Of a DNA stretch of 51,519 nt, positions 18,516 to 28,562 are shown one piece after another; position 1 is the stretch's first letter; each line of letters begins with the position of its first letter. Location: contig CAYTOR010000001.1 of assembly GCA_964439505.1 (NCBI GenBank), positions 1 to 51,519 of the forward strand, in the 5' to 3' direction. This DNA is from an uncultured Sangeribacter sp. (GTDB lineage Bacteria; Bacteroidota; Bacteroidia; Bacteroidales; Muribaculaceae). Under the pieces are notes generated by a model. That model saw only the letters and a list, made by a program, of their open reading frames with translations. It did not search any database and had not been told where the DNA came from. The translations under genes were made by a program, and so were the position numbers.

Positions 18516-19574
18516 ATGTCTGGACTAATAATCAAAAATATACGTATCTCGGGAATGTCGGCATGCGTGCCGGCAAACATCGAGGATAACCTCACCCTTC
18601 CGATCTTCAAGTCGGAGGAGGAAGCGCAGAAAGTAATCGCATCCACGGGAATCCGTCGCCACCGGGCCGTCGACGACGGCGTGACAGCCTCGGACCTCTC
18701 GGTGAAGGCCGTCGGTCGGTTGCTTGAAGATTTAGGCTGGGAAGCTTCGGAGGTGGACTGCCTTTTCTATGTCTGCACCTCCCGCGATTTCATCGCTCCG
18801 CAGACGGCCTGCATCCTTCAGGATCGTCTCGGGCTGCGCAAGGATGCCTTCGTTATGGACCTCCCCTTGGGATGCTCGGGATGGGTCTACGGCATGAGCG
18901 TGATCGGGAGCATGATGAGCCACGGCACTTTCCGCCGCGGACTGCTCATCGCCGCCGAGACCAACACGCGCAACCGGAGCAAGACCGACCGCAGCGTTCG
19001 ACCGCTTTTCGGCGACGCGGCGACCGTCACTGCCCTGGAATTTGACCCGCAGGCGCAGCCGATGAATTTCACTTTCGGCGTAGACGGAAGCGGCTACAGG
19101 GCCGTCTGGACAAAGGACGGCGGAATGAGGAACCCCCTCACTCCCGAATCGCTGGAGTATGTGGAATTTGAGGAGGGCATCTCCAGACGTCCCATAGATA
19201 TGGTAGTCAACGGAATGGATGTCTTCGGCTTCGCCATCAAGACTCCACCCAAGGCTCTTAAGGACTTCATCGCCGAATACGGGATCGACACCGAAAAGAT
19301 CGACTGCCTGCTGCTTCATCAGGCCAACAAATTCATTGACGAGAAGATCCGCAAGTCGCTGAAGATACCCGCCGAAAAGGTCCCCTACTGCCTGGAAGAG
19401 TTCGGCAACGTGACCTCCGCCTCCATCCCCCTGACCATGGTAACCCGCTGCGCCGGCCTCCTCAGTTCCCCCTCCGCCTCCTTCCTCGCCTGCGGCTTCG
19501 GAGTCGGCCTCGCCTGGGCAACCATGTCATTCCATACCGACAACGTCATCGTCTCCCCTCTTCTGGAAATGTAA
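18516..19574 (+). CDS. 3-oxoacyl-ACP synthase III (FabH-like) 2
   Basis: LGCSG, LFGDAA, LHQAN, GNVTSAS and FGVGLAW. Confidence 0.9.
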   Translation: MSGLIIKNIRISGMSACVPANIEDNLTLPIFKSEEEAQKVIASTGIRRHRAVDDGVTASDLSVKAVGRLLEDLGWEASEVDCLFYVCTSRDFIAPQTACILQDRLGLRKDAFVMDLPLGCSGWVYGMSVIGSMMSHGTFRRGLLIAAETNTRNRSKTDRSVRPLFGDAATVTALEFDPQAQPMNFTFGVDGSGYRAVWTKDGGMRNPLTPESLEYVEFEEGISRRPIDMVVNGMDVFGFAIKTPPKALKDFIAEYGIDTEKIDCLLLHQANKFIDEKIRKSLKIPAEKVPYCLEEFGNVTSASIPLTMVTRCAGLLSSPSASFLACGFGVGLAWATMSFHTDNVIVSPLLEM

Positions 19575-19592
19575 TTCAGATTTTTCAACCAC

Positions 19593-20681
19593 ATGCCCAG
19601 CACAAAGCTATCTGTTCCTAAAGGGATTCCCTTTGTCTTATCGATTCCTGAAGCGGAGAACCCTCCTTTGCTGAGTCTGATCATTCCGGTATGGAATGGA
19701 GGTGAATACTTCAAGATCCTTACGGACAATATATGTCAGCAGTTGGAAAAGTATCCGGAACTGCAAGATAAAATGGAGGTCATCATGTCTTTGGATGAGC
19801 CCTCCGACGGGTCGGATAAAGTAGCTGAAGAGGCAGCCGGAAAATTTCCCGGGATAATCAAAACTGTCCCTCACAAAAATACGGGTTTGGTAGGCAACCG
19901 AAATATCGGGATGCAATTAGCCCAAGGGAAATATCTTATCTGGGCAGATCACGATGATAGTTTCAAAGATGGCGCTTTCAGCAGAATCATAGAGTTACTT
20001 GAACAGCATGAGCCGGATATTTTAGCTTTTCACGCCAATCTGATTGATAAAAACGGAAAGCATATTCAGTATACTCCGTTGGTTCCGGAAGGCACTCATA
20101 CCGGAGCGGAACATATTTTGGCGGGAGGAATAGGGTATGGGACTATCTGGGATTTAGCCATTAAAAATGAGTTGATCCGGAATTTCGATCTCTACCCACT
20201 CAAATATTGGCTCTCGGAAGACTATACCATAAGAATTCGCGCCTTGATGGCGTCCACACGCGTAGTAGGAGTAAATGAATGTTTCTATTCTTGGCGCCTC
20301 GCCGGGGAATCCGCCAGTCATAATGATAAAGCCAATCAAAAATATTTTGATGCCAAAATATTTTATCTTATCCATCATCTGAATAATTCCCGGATCAAAG
20401 ATAAAAAGGATTACAAGGCTTGGAATACTGTATTTTTCCGTGCACTCAGGGCTGCTATGGCAATAAAGTTTCGCACTCAATCAAAATTGTATGGGATTGA
20501 CAACAGCAGAGCCCGAATGCGCTTTTTCTTCAAGGTGTGGCTCAAAAGATTCGGGTTCCCGAAAGACAGTTCGGCATGGAAAGTAATCTTCATTTATTCC
20601 CTATTACCATGCTCGAGCCATATTGGAAAATTGGTAACTGCCCTGCGTAAGCATAAGATCCTGAAAGTTCCCGGCATGTAA
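19593..20681 (+). CDS. GT2 glycosyltransferase
   Basis: LSLIIPVWN, NTGLVGNRNIG, ADHDD and SED. Confidence 0.85.
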   Translation: MPSTKLSVPKGIPFVLSIPEAENPPLLSLIIPVWNGGEYFKILTDNICQQLEKYPELQDKMEVIMSLDEPSDGSDKVAEEAAGKFPGIIKTVPHKNTGLVGNRNIGMQLAQGKYLIWADHDDSFKDGAFSRIIELLEQHEPDILAFHANLIDKNGKHIQYTPLVPEGTHTGAEHILAGGIGYGTIWDLAIKNELIRNFDLYPLKYWLSEDYTIRIRALMASTRVVGVNECFYSWRLAGESASHNDKANQKYFDAKIFYLIHHLNNSRIKDKKDYKAWNTVFFRALRAAMAIKFRTQSKLYGIDNSRARMRFFFKVWLKRFGFPKDSSAWKVIFIYSLLPCSSHIGKLVTALRKHKILKVPGM

Positions 20682-20729
20682 TAATGCCATTCTTAAGATT
20701 GCCATTTAAAAATCATTGAATAATTAGAA

Positions 20730-21722
20730 ATGAGGATAACTTTCAATCATATAAAGGCCGTATTCCATACTTTGCACTCCGCATCCTCTATGGCAGACAA
20801 ACTTAGATCTTCCGGAGTCAAGAAGAATAAATTTATATTATGGGCCGATTTGGTATATTCCAGATTGATATCCGGGTATGATTTTGATGACTATTGTACT
20901 TACCGGTTTTGGGAGAAAAATAAAATGGAAAGATCTGAATATCTTTCCTTTCGGGAAAACTCGCGGATTGCTCTTAAGCTAACCCCAAAAAAGACTTTTG
21001 ATTTATTTCTTGACAAGTCCAAATGGAATACCCGGTTCTCTCAATATATAAACAGGAACTGGACTTCAATAAATGGATTGGACAGAGCCACAGTCATGAA
21101 CTTTATAAAAGAGAATGAAGTGGTAATTCTTAAGCCTTTGAAGGATTATGGCGGGGTAGGAATTAGAAAAATAACAATTGCAGATCCAAATATAGAGGAA
21201 TCTGTAGATTATATACTCGCTCAAGAAGACATGATGATGGAAGAATGCATGGAGAATCATCCTGATCTCAAAAGATTGGCTCCGTCATCTTTAAATACTA
21301 TCCGGATAGTTACCGTCCTTGACATGAAAGGGAATGTCCATATTCCGGCGGCACTATTACGAATGGGTAGCGGGACATCATTGACCGATAATTATCATAC
21401 CGGAGGAATGGCGTGCCCGATAGATCTACGGACCGGCAAATTAACCGGAACAGCAACAGGGGAGTTTAATACTCCTTATTTGGAACATCCATACACCAAA
21501 ATTCAATTTCAAGGATATCCCATACCTCGCTTCCAGGAAATAATGGAAATGGCCCGCAAGGTGGCCTTGGAAGAACCGGGAGCTCGATATGTCGGTTGGG
21601 ATTTTGTTGTGACCCCCAAAGGAATCGAAATATTGGAAGGGAATATACCTCCCGGCGAACATATAACTCAGATTTCCTCCGGCCCTCTGAGGACGAGACT
21701 TCTGAAATGGATGAATGGATGA
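20730..21722 (+). CDS. Sugar-transfer-associated ATP-grasp protein 1
   Basis: DK, ILKPLKDYGGVGI, SSLNTIRIVT, DNYHTGG, YVGWDFVVT and LEGN match the ATPgrasp_ST pattern. Confidence 0.82.
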   Translation: MRITFNHIKAVFHTLHSASSMADKLRSSGVKKNKFILWADLVYSRLISGYDFDDYCTYRFWEKNKMERSEYLSFRENSRIALKLTPKKTFDLFLDKSKWNTRFSQYINRNWTSINGLDRATVMNFIKENEVVILKPLKDYGGVGIRKITIADPNIEESVDYILAQEDMMMEECMENHPDLKRLAPSSLNTIRIVTVLDMKGNVHIPAALLRMGSGTSLTDNYHTGGMACPIDLRTGKLTGTATGEFNTPYLEHPYTKIQFQGYPIPRFQEIMEMARKVALEEPGARYVGWDFVVTPKGIEILEGNIPPGEHITQISSGPLRTRLLKWMNG

Positions 21723-21748
21723 GGAAACATCTCTAATTTAAGAAACTT

Positions 21749-22717
21749 ATGCTCAATTCACTAAAGGAAAGAATAAATAAAGCCAAAACAGTTGGCAAGA
21801 AAATAGGCCGTTCATGGCCTGCAGTCATCTATGATGTTGCTAAGTGCAGGCTGAAATACGGGGCTATCTTAGACGACTATTTAGCTTTCGAGTTCTATCG
21901 GAAGAACGATAAGGAGAGAAAGACCTTTGTCACCGAAAAGAAACTATTGGATACCCTGATTCCTTTCGCCAATCCGGAAAAAATCAGCGATATCTTTGAT
22001 GACAAGGCTAAATTCAATCAGACTTTCGCTGAATTTATCAACAGAGAATGGATAGCGACTGAGACTTCTGACGAAAATGAGATAAGAACCTTTCTTAAGA
22101 AGTTTCCTGTAGTTTTTGTAAAGGAGACCAAAGGATCGCAAGGACTGGGCGTCAAACGGGTTGAGACAACCGATCCGGCAAATGTAGAGGCAATCTTGAA
22201 ATGGGTTAAGGATGGAGGCAAGTTCGTGATCGAGCAACCCATTGAGCAGCATCCGGATATGGCATATTTTAATGAAAGCTCTGTCAATAGCATCCGGATG
22301 GAGACTTTGATTGACGAGGCCGGCAATGTAAAATTCTTCAATACGATAGTAATCATAGGAGGAAAGGGAAGCATCGTCAGCAATACTCATACGGGAGGCG
22401 TGATGTGTCACATAAATCCCGAACTTGGAGTAATCGACAGTCATGGGAGAAATCCCATGGGCGAGAGATTTTTAGTCCATCCTCAGAACAAAAATCTCCT
22501 CTTAGGTAAAACGATACCTATGTGGGATCAGCTAATGGAATATACTGTGAAATTGGCTAAAGTTTGTCCTGAAGCCCGGTTCATAGGATGGGATATAGCT
22601 ATCACAAAGAATGGGCCTGAAGTGATAGAGGGAAATACTAAACCGGGGATGTGTACCCAAGCCTGCGATATGGTTGGCCGATGGCCCATTATTAAAGCAA
22701 ACTTTGATTTAAAGTAA
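21749..22717 (+). CDS. Sugar-transfer-associated ATP-grasp protein 2
   Basis: DDKAKF, KETKGSQGLGV, SSVNSIR, SNTHTGG, FIGWDIAIT and IEGN. Confidence 0.82.
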   Translation: MLNSLKERINKAKTVGKKIGRSWPAVIYDVAKCRLKYGAILDDYLAFEFYRKNDKERKTFVTEKKLLDTLIPFANPEKISDIFDDKAKFNQTFAEFINREWIATETSDENEIRTFLKKFPVVFVKETKGSQGLGVKRVETTDPANVEAILKWVKDGGKFVIEQPIEQHPDMAYFNESSVNSIRMETLIDEAGNVKFFNTIVIIGGKGSIVSNTHTGGVMCHINPELGVIDSHGRNPMGERFLVHPQNKNLLLGKTIPMWDQLMEYTVKLAKVCPEARFIGWDIAITKNGPEVIEGNTKPGMCTQACDMVGRWPIIKANFDLK

Positions 22718-22720
22718 ATA

Positions 22721-23650
22721 ATGATAGAGGAGGTGAAGAAAGTAAAGTTTTATAACGGGGTCGAAATGCCGATCGTAGGATTCGGAACCGCATTTTTACC
22801 CAAGGATAGATTGGACTCTATCATTAATTGTGCCGTAGAAGCGGGATATCGACGATTTGATACGGCTTCCAAATATGACAATGAAAAGGAGTTAGGCTCT
22901 ATTTTCAAGAATTTGGCTATCCCAAGGGAAGAATTATTCATAAGCACTAAGCTTAATCGCAAAAATCTGTACTTCAATAGTTATCGGTCGGGACGCGGAC
23001 GATTTTTGAACATTAGAAACTTCCGCAGCATTGCAACAGAGATCGAAACTTCTTTCAAAAATCTGCAGGTGGATTATATAGATCTGATGACGATCCATTG
23101 GCCTTGGTCCAACAGTGTGCAACTTTGGGAGGGCCTTGAAAAGTTCTATCATGCAGGACGCATCAAAGCTATTGGAGTTTGTTCGTTCCTTCCTCCTCAT
23201 ATCAACTATTTATTGGAGCGTGTTGAAGTGACGCCGATGTTAAATCAGTTTGAGATTTCTCCATTGAATACCCAAAAGGAATTAATCGATTTCTGTAACG
23301 AAAAGGAAATCCAAGTGGAAGCCATGTCTACATTTTCTCATTTTAGATCCAATGAGCCGAGATTGGAGATTCTACAGAATCCGAGATTAGAAGAAATGGC
23401 TGCCATATACAATAAGACGGTTGCTCAAATTGTCAACAGATGGCTAATTCAGCAAGGAATTTCCATAGTTCCTAAATCTAAATCTGAAATTCACATTAAG
23501 GAGAATATAGATCTTTTTGATTTTGAACTCTCCAAAGAGGACATGGCAGTTATCGACTCAATGGATCAGGGAGAATTCCTTAACCACAGACCTGTTTATG
23601 AATGGCGCTGGATGCCAAAAAAATATAGAGATTTTCACTGGTTTAAATGA
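22721..23650 (+). CDS. Aldo/keto reductase (2,5-diketo-gluconate reductase-like)
   Basis: NGVEMPIVGFGT, FDTASKYDNE, LFISTK, IHWP, VPKS and ENIDLFDFELS. Confidence 0.9.
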   Translation: MIEEVKKVKFYNGVEMPIVGFGTAFLPKDRLDSIINCAVEAGYRRFDTASKYDNEKELGSIFKNLAIPREELFISTKLNRKNLYFNSYRSGRGRFLNIRNFRSIATEIETSFKNLQVDYIDLMTIHWPWSNSVQLWEGLEKFYHAGRIKAIGVCSFLPPHINYLLERVEVTPMLNQFEISPLNTQKELIDFCNEKEIQVEAMSTFSHFRSNEPRLEILQNPRLEEMAAIYNKTVAQIVNRWLIQQGISIVPKSKSEIHIKENIDLFDFELSKEDMAVIDSMDQGEFLNHRPVYEWRWMPKKYRDFHWFK

Positions 23651-23743
23651 CTTGACAGCGAGTTATTTAATTAAAACTACCTCTAAGTAATTCTGCTCCT
23701 ACTCCGCAAGACTTTCGAAAATCTTTACTTTCTCACATTCCTG

Positions 23744-24772
23744 ATGGAAAAATCCACATCTCAGAGCTTAAAGGGAGTAGCAATATTGTTAATGATTTTT
23801 TATCACCTCTTCAATAATATTGCTAATGTTAATCTCTGCGACAATCTTCTTTATATCTCCGGTGAACCCTTAGCTTATATCCTCAGCAAGGCTACCAATC
23901 CGGTGGCTTTCTTTCTTATCTTAGGAGGTTACGGTCTTTTTAAGGTAAATGAAAAGGGAGATAAAAACAGATGGGGCAGAATCTTTAAATTATATATCCA
24001 TTATTGGCTCACTTTATTGATCTTTGTGGCAATCGGTCATTTCCTCAAACCTGAGTTGTATCCCGGTAATTGGTTGGTAGGAATTGTCAATCTGACAGGC
24101 TTCGTAACGACTTATAATCACGAGATGTGGTTTCTTTTTCCCTATGTCATTCTTTCTATCTGCGCTCCGTATATCTTCCGCCTTTACCAAAAATTTAAAA
24201 GTTGGACCATATTAATCTTCGTTTTCCTTATTTACTGTTTCACTCAGTATTTCTTAAAAACCTACCAAGGATTCTTTTATGAGAATTACTGGGCCTACAA
24301 TGGGATATTAGTTTTCAATCTACTGTTTAACTTTACCTTGGGAGCGTTGGCGGCAAGAGGAAGGATTTTTGAAAAAATACATTCCCGTTATTTATTGCTG
24401 CCTCCAGTTTTGCGAGGGATAGGAGTGGTTATGATTATATGCGTACTGATAGCCATTCAATGTGTTACCACCTTTAATTACTTCTACGCATTCCTTATGA
24501 CCTTAATTTTGGCTCTGCCACGGATTCCGGTATTTTGCCGAAAGATACTTATTCAATTAGGCAATCAGTCGATGAATATGTGGATGATCCATAGTTGGTT
24601 TTGTTATTATCTTTTCCATAATTTCATTTATTCCTTCCGCTACCCACTAATAATTTTCGCTGTCCTGACTATAATCAGCTATCTTTCCTCATTTGTGATC
24701 AATTATCTTGCCGCTCCAATAGAAAGTTTATTTCTCACAAGAAAACAAATCCGTCAAAAAACAATATTGTAA
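23744..24772 (+). CDS. Acyltransferase-3 family protein
   Basis: LKGVAILLMIFYH, FLILGGYG, WFL and SMNMWMIH; polytopic membrane protein. Confidence 0.82.
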   Translation: MEKSTSQSLKGVAILLMIFYHLFNNIANVNLCDNLLYISGEPLAYILSKATNPVAFFLILGGYGLFKVNEKGDKNRWGRIFKLYIHYWLTLLIFVAIGHFLKPELYPGNWLVGIVNLTGFVTTYNHEMWFLFPYVILSICAPYIFRLYQKFKSWTILIFVFLIYCFTQYFLKTYQGFFYENYWAYNGILVFNLLFNFTLGALAARGRIFEKIHSRYLLLPPVLRGIGVVMIICVLIAIQCVTTFNYFYAFLMTLILALPRIPVFCRKILIQLGNQSMNMWMIHSWFCYYLFHNFIYSFRYPLIIFAVLTIISYLSSFVINYLAAPIESLFLTRKQIRQKTIL

Positions 24773-24836
24773 TTCCAGCATAGCGAGGTACTCAACTTCT
24801 CTTAATTCATATTATAGAGAAGAAATCTTCTGAATA

Positions 24837-26372
24837 ATGGATAATCGCTCTAAAAGGATTGTAAAGAATACGATGTTTCTGTATAGCCGCACCTTGATTA
24901 TGATGGTAGTGGGGCTGTATACAAGTCGCGTCGTAATCAATTCGTTAGGGCTGAGCGATTACGGTATTTATAACATCGTAGGTGGAGTCGTAGGATTATT
25001 CGGATTCATAAACAGTTCGATGACCCGATCGACACAGAGATTTCTAAATTTTGAAATAGGTAAGCCTTCGGAAGAATCAATCAACAAGATCTTTTCCAAT
25101 TCCATATTTATTCATGCGATAATTGCTCTTTTGATCCTAATCTTATCCGAGACGTTCGGATTATGGCTGTTGAATACAAAATTGGTAATTCCGGCGAGCC
25201 AAATGGCGGCGGCTCAGATAGTCTATCAATGCGCTGTCGTCTCCACTGTGCTTATGATTATCGGCGTCCCCTATAACGCTGTTGTGGTAGCTTACGAGAA
25301 GATGAATATCTTCGCGTATCTGTCTATGCTGGATGTGTTGCTAAAACTTGGAGCAGCAGTGTCCCTTTCCTTTTTGGCCGCAAACAGATTGAGTATCTAT
25401 GCCGCGATGTTGCTCGCAATTCAGGTGATATCATTCCTGATCTATTACAGATACTGCAGATATAAATTCCCGAATATTAAACTGATATTTAAGTTTAATC
25501 TCGATATATTCAAGAAAATGTTCTCCTTCACTTCATGGACTATGATTGGAGAGTTAGCGTATATAGGATTGACTCAGGGAGTCAATATCCTATTGAACAT
25601 TTTCTTTGGCCCGATAATAAATGCTTCACGAGCGGTATCCGTGCAAGTACAAAATGCCGTCAAGCAGTTTGCCGGAGGATTTCAGACAGCAATGAATCCT
25701 CAGATTGTAAAGTCCTACGCAAGCGGAGATAGGCAATATTTCACAAGAATAGTATTTGAAGGGTCAAGAATCTCTTTTTTCTTGGTATTCATATTGTCGG
25801 TACCATTCTTTCTTGAAACTGAATTAATCCTGAAACTATGGATTAAGTTAGTACCTGAATATTGCTCGGCATTTGTCAGATTGATTTTATCTATATCAAT
25901 TCTGGATGCTTTGATAACCCCTCTGATAATAGCCGCTTCCGCCTCAGGGAATATTCGTAATTATCAGTTGGTCTTAGGCTCCATGCTTCTTACTGTTGTA
26001 CCGATTTCATACGTCTGTCTTAAATTAGGATGCAATCCGACCACGGTATATTGGGTCTATCTGATCATTACAATAATCAATGTTTTCATCAGATTATACT
26101 TCGCAAAAAAATTAAACGGTATCGACTTCTATAAATTCTTTAAAAACGTAATCCTCAAATCATTTCTCGCTGTCGGACCGCTGTTTCTCCTATTCTGGGC
26201 CTCCCATTATCTATTCCTTGACAAAGTTAGCGATCTCCCGAGATTAGCGATTACGCTCGGTTATATGGTCGTACTCACTCTTGCATTTGGCTATTGGGGG
26301 CTTAACAAAACCGAACGAGATCTGATTCTTTCTAAAATCTCTTCCTTCCGAAAAAAATTCTTAAGTAGGTGA
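24837..26372 (+). CDS. wzx: Wzx-type polysaccharide flippase (MOP superfamily)
   Basis: KRIVKNTMFLYSR, LGLSDYGIYNIVGGVV, QGVNILLNIFFG and PQIVKSYA; polytopic, 511 aa. Confidence 0.88.
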   Translation: MDNRSKRIVKNTMFLYSRTLIMMVVGLYTSRVVINSLGLSDYGIYNIVGGVVGLFGFINSSMTRSTQRFLNFEIGKPSEESINKIFSNSIFIHAIIALLILILSETFGLWLLNTKLVIPASQMAAAQIVYQCAVVSTVLMIIGVPYNAVVVAYEKMNIFAYLSMLDVLLKLGAAVSLSFLAANRLSIYAAMLLAIQVISFLIYYRYCRYKFPNIKLIFKFNLDIFKKMFSFTSWTMIGELAYIGLTQGVNILLNIFFGPIINASRAVSVQVQNAVKQFAGGFQTAMNPQIVKSYASGDRQYFTRIVFEGSRISFFLVFILSVPFFLETELILKLWIKLVPEYCSAFVRLILSISILDALITPLIIAASASGNIRNYQLVLGSMLLTVVPISYVCLKLGCNPTTVYWVYLIITIINVFIRLYFAKKLNGIDFYKFFKNVILKSFLAVGPLFLLFWASHYLFLDKVSDLPRLAITLGYMVVLTLAFGYWGLNKTERDLILSKISSFRKKFLSR

Positions 26373-26391
26373 TAAGATTAGCGCGTAACTT

Positions 26392-27588
26392 ATGAAACGA
26401 TGTTGTATTATAGCGCCTAACGACAGATATAACTATGGCGACCTGCTCTTTACGCATGTTGTATTAGAAAAGTTAGGAAAGGCATACGATGAAATTTCTC
26501 ATATCGCTACTATTGATCAGGATCTGACCGGCGTTGGAGGTCATAAGGTTACTTCCATTAAAACTCTTCAAGATAAAAATCGGCCCGGACCTTTCGATGT
26601 CATAGTGGCGGGTGGGCACTCTCTCTTCTGCCCTTGGCCGTTTGTGCTTTATTGTCTGGATAAACGCTATGTTCCCCTTAGCAGACTCAATTATGGTCTA
26701 AAGAAATTGATAGGGGAAAAGATATCAGACAAGCTCATCCAACACCTTTCGCAAGTCATCTTCGGCGTCAAGACCGCATATCCATATAGTATCGGCAAAC
26801 AAGAATTTACTGGAATCAATAAACTGATATATAACTCAGTTGACGGCAATTTGCAATCTCCATTATCCAAGAAAGACAAGAAGATCTTAGAGAGCGTAGA
26901 TTATCTTTCCGTCAGAAGCAAGCGGACATGGGAAATCCTAAAGGATAACGGCCTGAATGCTCTCTTCTATCCCGATTCCGCTATTCAGATTTCATCAATA
27001 TTCCCAAAGGAAACTCTTATTGACAAAGTCGAGAACACCGAGATAAAATCCCTGATCGAAGCAAGTCAAGGTTCCACCCGTTATATAGTATTTCAAATCA
27101 ACAGAGAATTAGGCGAAAAATCTTTCAATGACATTATCAGGAATCTGCGAGATATTCTAAACCGAAAGGATATAGGAATCGTACTTTGCCCTATCGGTTT
27201 TGCGATGGGACACGATGACTTAATGATTCTTGAAAAAATTTACGATGCCCTCAATGCAGACAGGGTCAAGTTATATCCGTCTCTCACGATATGGGACATA
27301 ATGACGCTGATTGCATATAGCGAAGGTTTCATTGGTTCAAGCTTGCATGGCTGCATTACTGCCATGAGTTACTGCCGCCCTTATCTTGGATTAAATGTGA
27401 CTAAAACAACAGAATACATCAAAGACTGGGGATTAGGAGAACAATTCTGTTCGAATTGCAACGATTTCAGTTCCCAATTAGATAGTGTCTTAAATTATTC
27501 GAAAGGGAGATTGGAGAGAAACCTCAACTCCCAATTACAATTGTCTGAAGAAAGCTTTAAGAATATTCAGAGCATTTTGCAGCAATAA
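26392..27588 (+). CDS. Polysaccharide pyruvyl transferase family protein
   Basis: NYGDLL, YLSVRS, PDSA and SSLHGCITAMSY. Confidence 0.8.
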   Translation: MKRCCIIAPNDRYNYGDLLFTHVVLEKLGKAYDEISHIATIDQDLTGVGGHKVTSIKTLQDKNRPGPFDVIVAGGHSLFCPWPFVLYCLDKRYVPLSRLNYGLKKLIGEKISDKLIQHLSQVIFGVKTAYPYSIGKQEFTGINKLIYNSVDGNLQSPLSKKDKKILESVDYLSVRSKRTWEILKDNGLNALFYPDSAIQISSIFPKETLIDKVENTEIKSLIEASQGSTRYIVFQINRELGEKSFNDIIRNLRDILNRKDIGIVLCPIGFAMGHDDLMILEKIYDALNADRVKLYPSLTIWDIMTLIAYSEGFIGSSLHGCITAMSYCRPYLGLNVTKTTEYIKDWGLGEQFCSNCNDFSSQLDSVLNYSKGRLERNLNSQLQLSEESFKNIQSILQQ

Positions 27589-27602
27589 ATCATAGCTATA
27601 TA

Positions 27603-28562
27603 ATGGCAAAATACACTTTCCTGATACCTGCTTTTAAGCCTACTTATCTGAAGGAGGCAATAGACAGCATACTGGGTCAGACATTTGGAGATTTCAATAT
27701 CATCGTTTCCAACGACTACTCGCCATACGATATAGCTTCGATTATTTCGGAATTTGATGATCCCAGAATCATATATCGGGAAAATGAGATTAATATCGGC
27801 GGAGAGAGATTGACGGATCATTGGAATAAACTGGTCAATCTGTGTGACTCGGATTATTTGATAATGGCAGCGGATGATGACATTTATACTCCCAACTTCC
27901 TACAGGATGTTGAAACCCTTGTCAATAAATATCCCGGTGTGGACATAATAAGAAGCCGCACCTGCCGAATCGATCGGGAAAATGATATAATAGATGCTGA
28001 ATGTATTTGTGATGAGACAGGGACAGTAACGGACGCGGCCTATAATTCCTTTTGTACAGACCAGATATGGTGCGTAGGAAATTACATTTTCAAGACAAAG
28101 GCATTGAAGAGAGCCGGCGGATTTGAAGATTTTCCTTACGCATGGTTCAGTGATATGGCGACAGCACTTAAAATGTCTGTCAACGGCATTTGCTATACCT
28201 CTCATGCGGGCTTTAAATTCCGATTGTCGGAATCTAACATTTCCAATACTAAAAAGAACAAGAAGTTAGATGCAGAGAAGTTTGAAGCAACTGTCAGATT
28301 CGGGGAATGGCTCTCACAATTCTTTTCAATGATTTCCCCTTCATCCGATACTTTATCAAAGCGCCGTTATTCCAAAGCACTTCATTCCGCCAATAATATC
28401 ATTTACTCTCAATTAGGAGATTACGGCTGGGCAGTAAACGCCGCAACTTTGATTCGCACCTTCCACAGGCTCTCAAGATCCAAAGGCTTTTCAAAAAGCA
28501 GTTTCATAAAAAATTATACTCTTGCAGCTCTGGCAAGAAAAATCGGGAAATATGTCGGATAA
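27603..28562 (+). CDS. GT2 glycosyltransferase
   Basis: LIPAFK, VSNDYS, RENEINIG and AADDD. Confidence 0.88.
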   Translation: MAKYTFLIPAFKPTYLKEAIDSILGQTFGDFNIIVSNDYSPYDIASIISEFDDPRIIYRENEINIGGERLTDHWNKLVNLCDSDYLIMAADDDIYTPNFLQDVETLVNKYPGVDIIRSRTCRIDRENDIIDAECICDETGTVTDAAYNSFCTDQIWCVGNYIFKTKALKRAGGFEDFPYAWFSDMATALKMSVNGICYTSHAGFKFRLSESNISNTKKNKKLDAEKFEATVRFGEWLSQFFSMISPSSDTLSKRRYSKALHSANNIIYSQLGDYGWAVNAATLIRTFHRLSRSKGFSKSSFIKNYTLAALARKIGKYVG

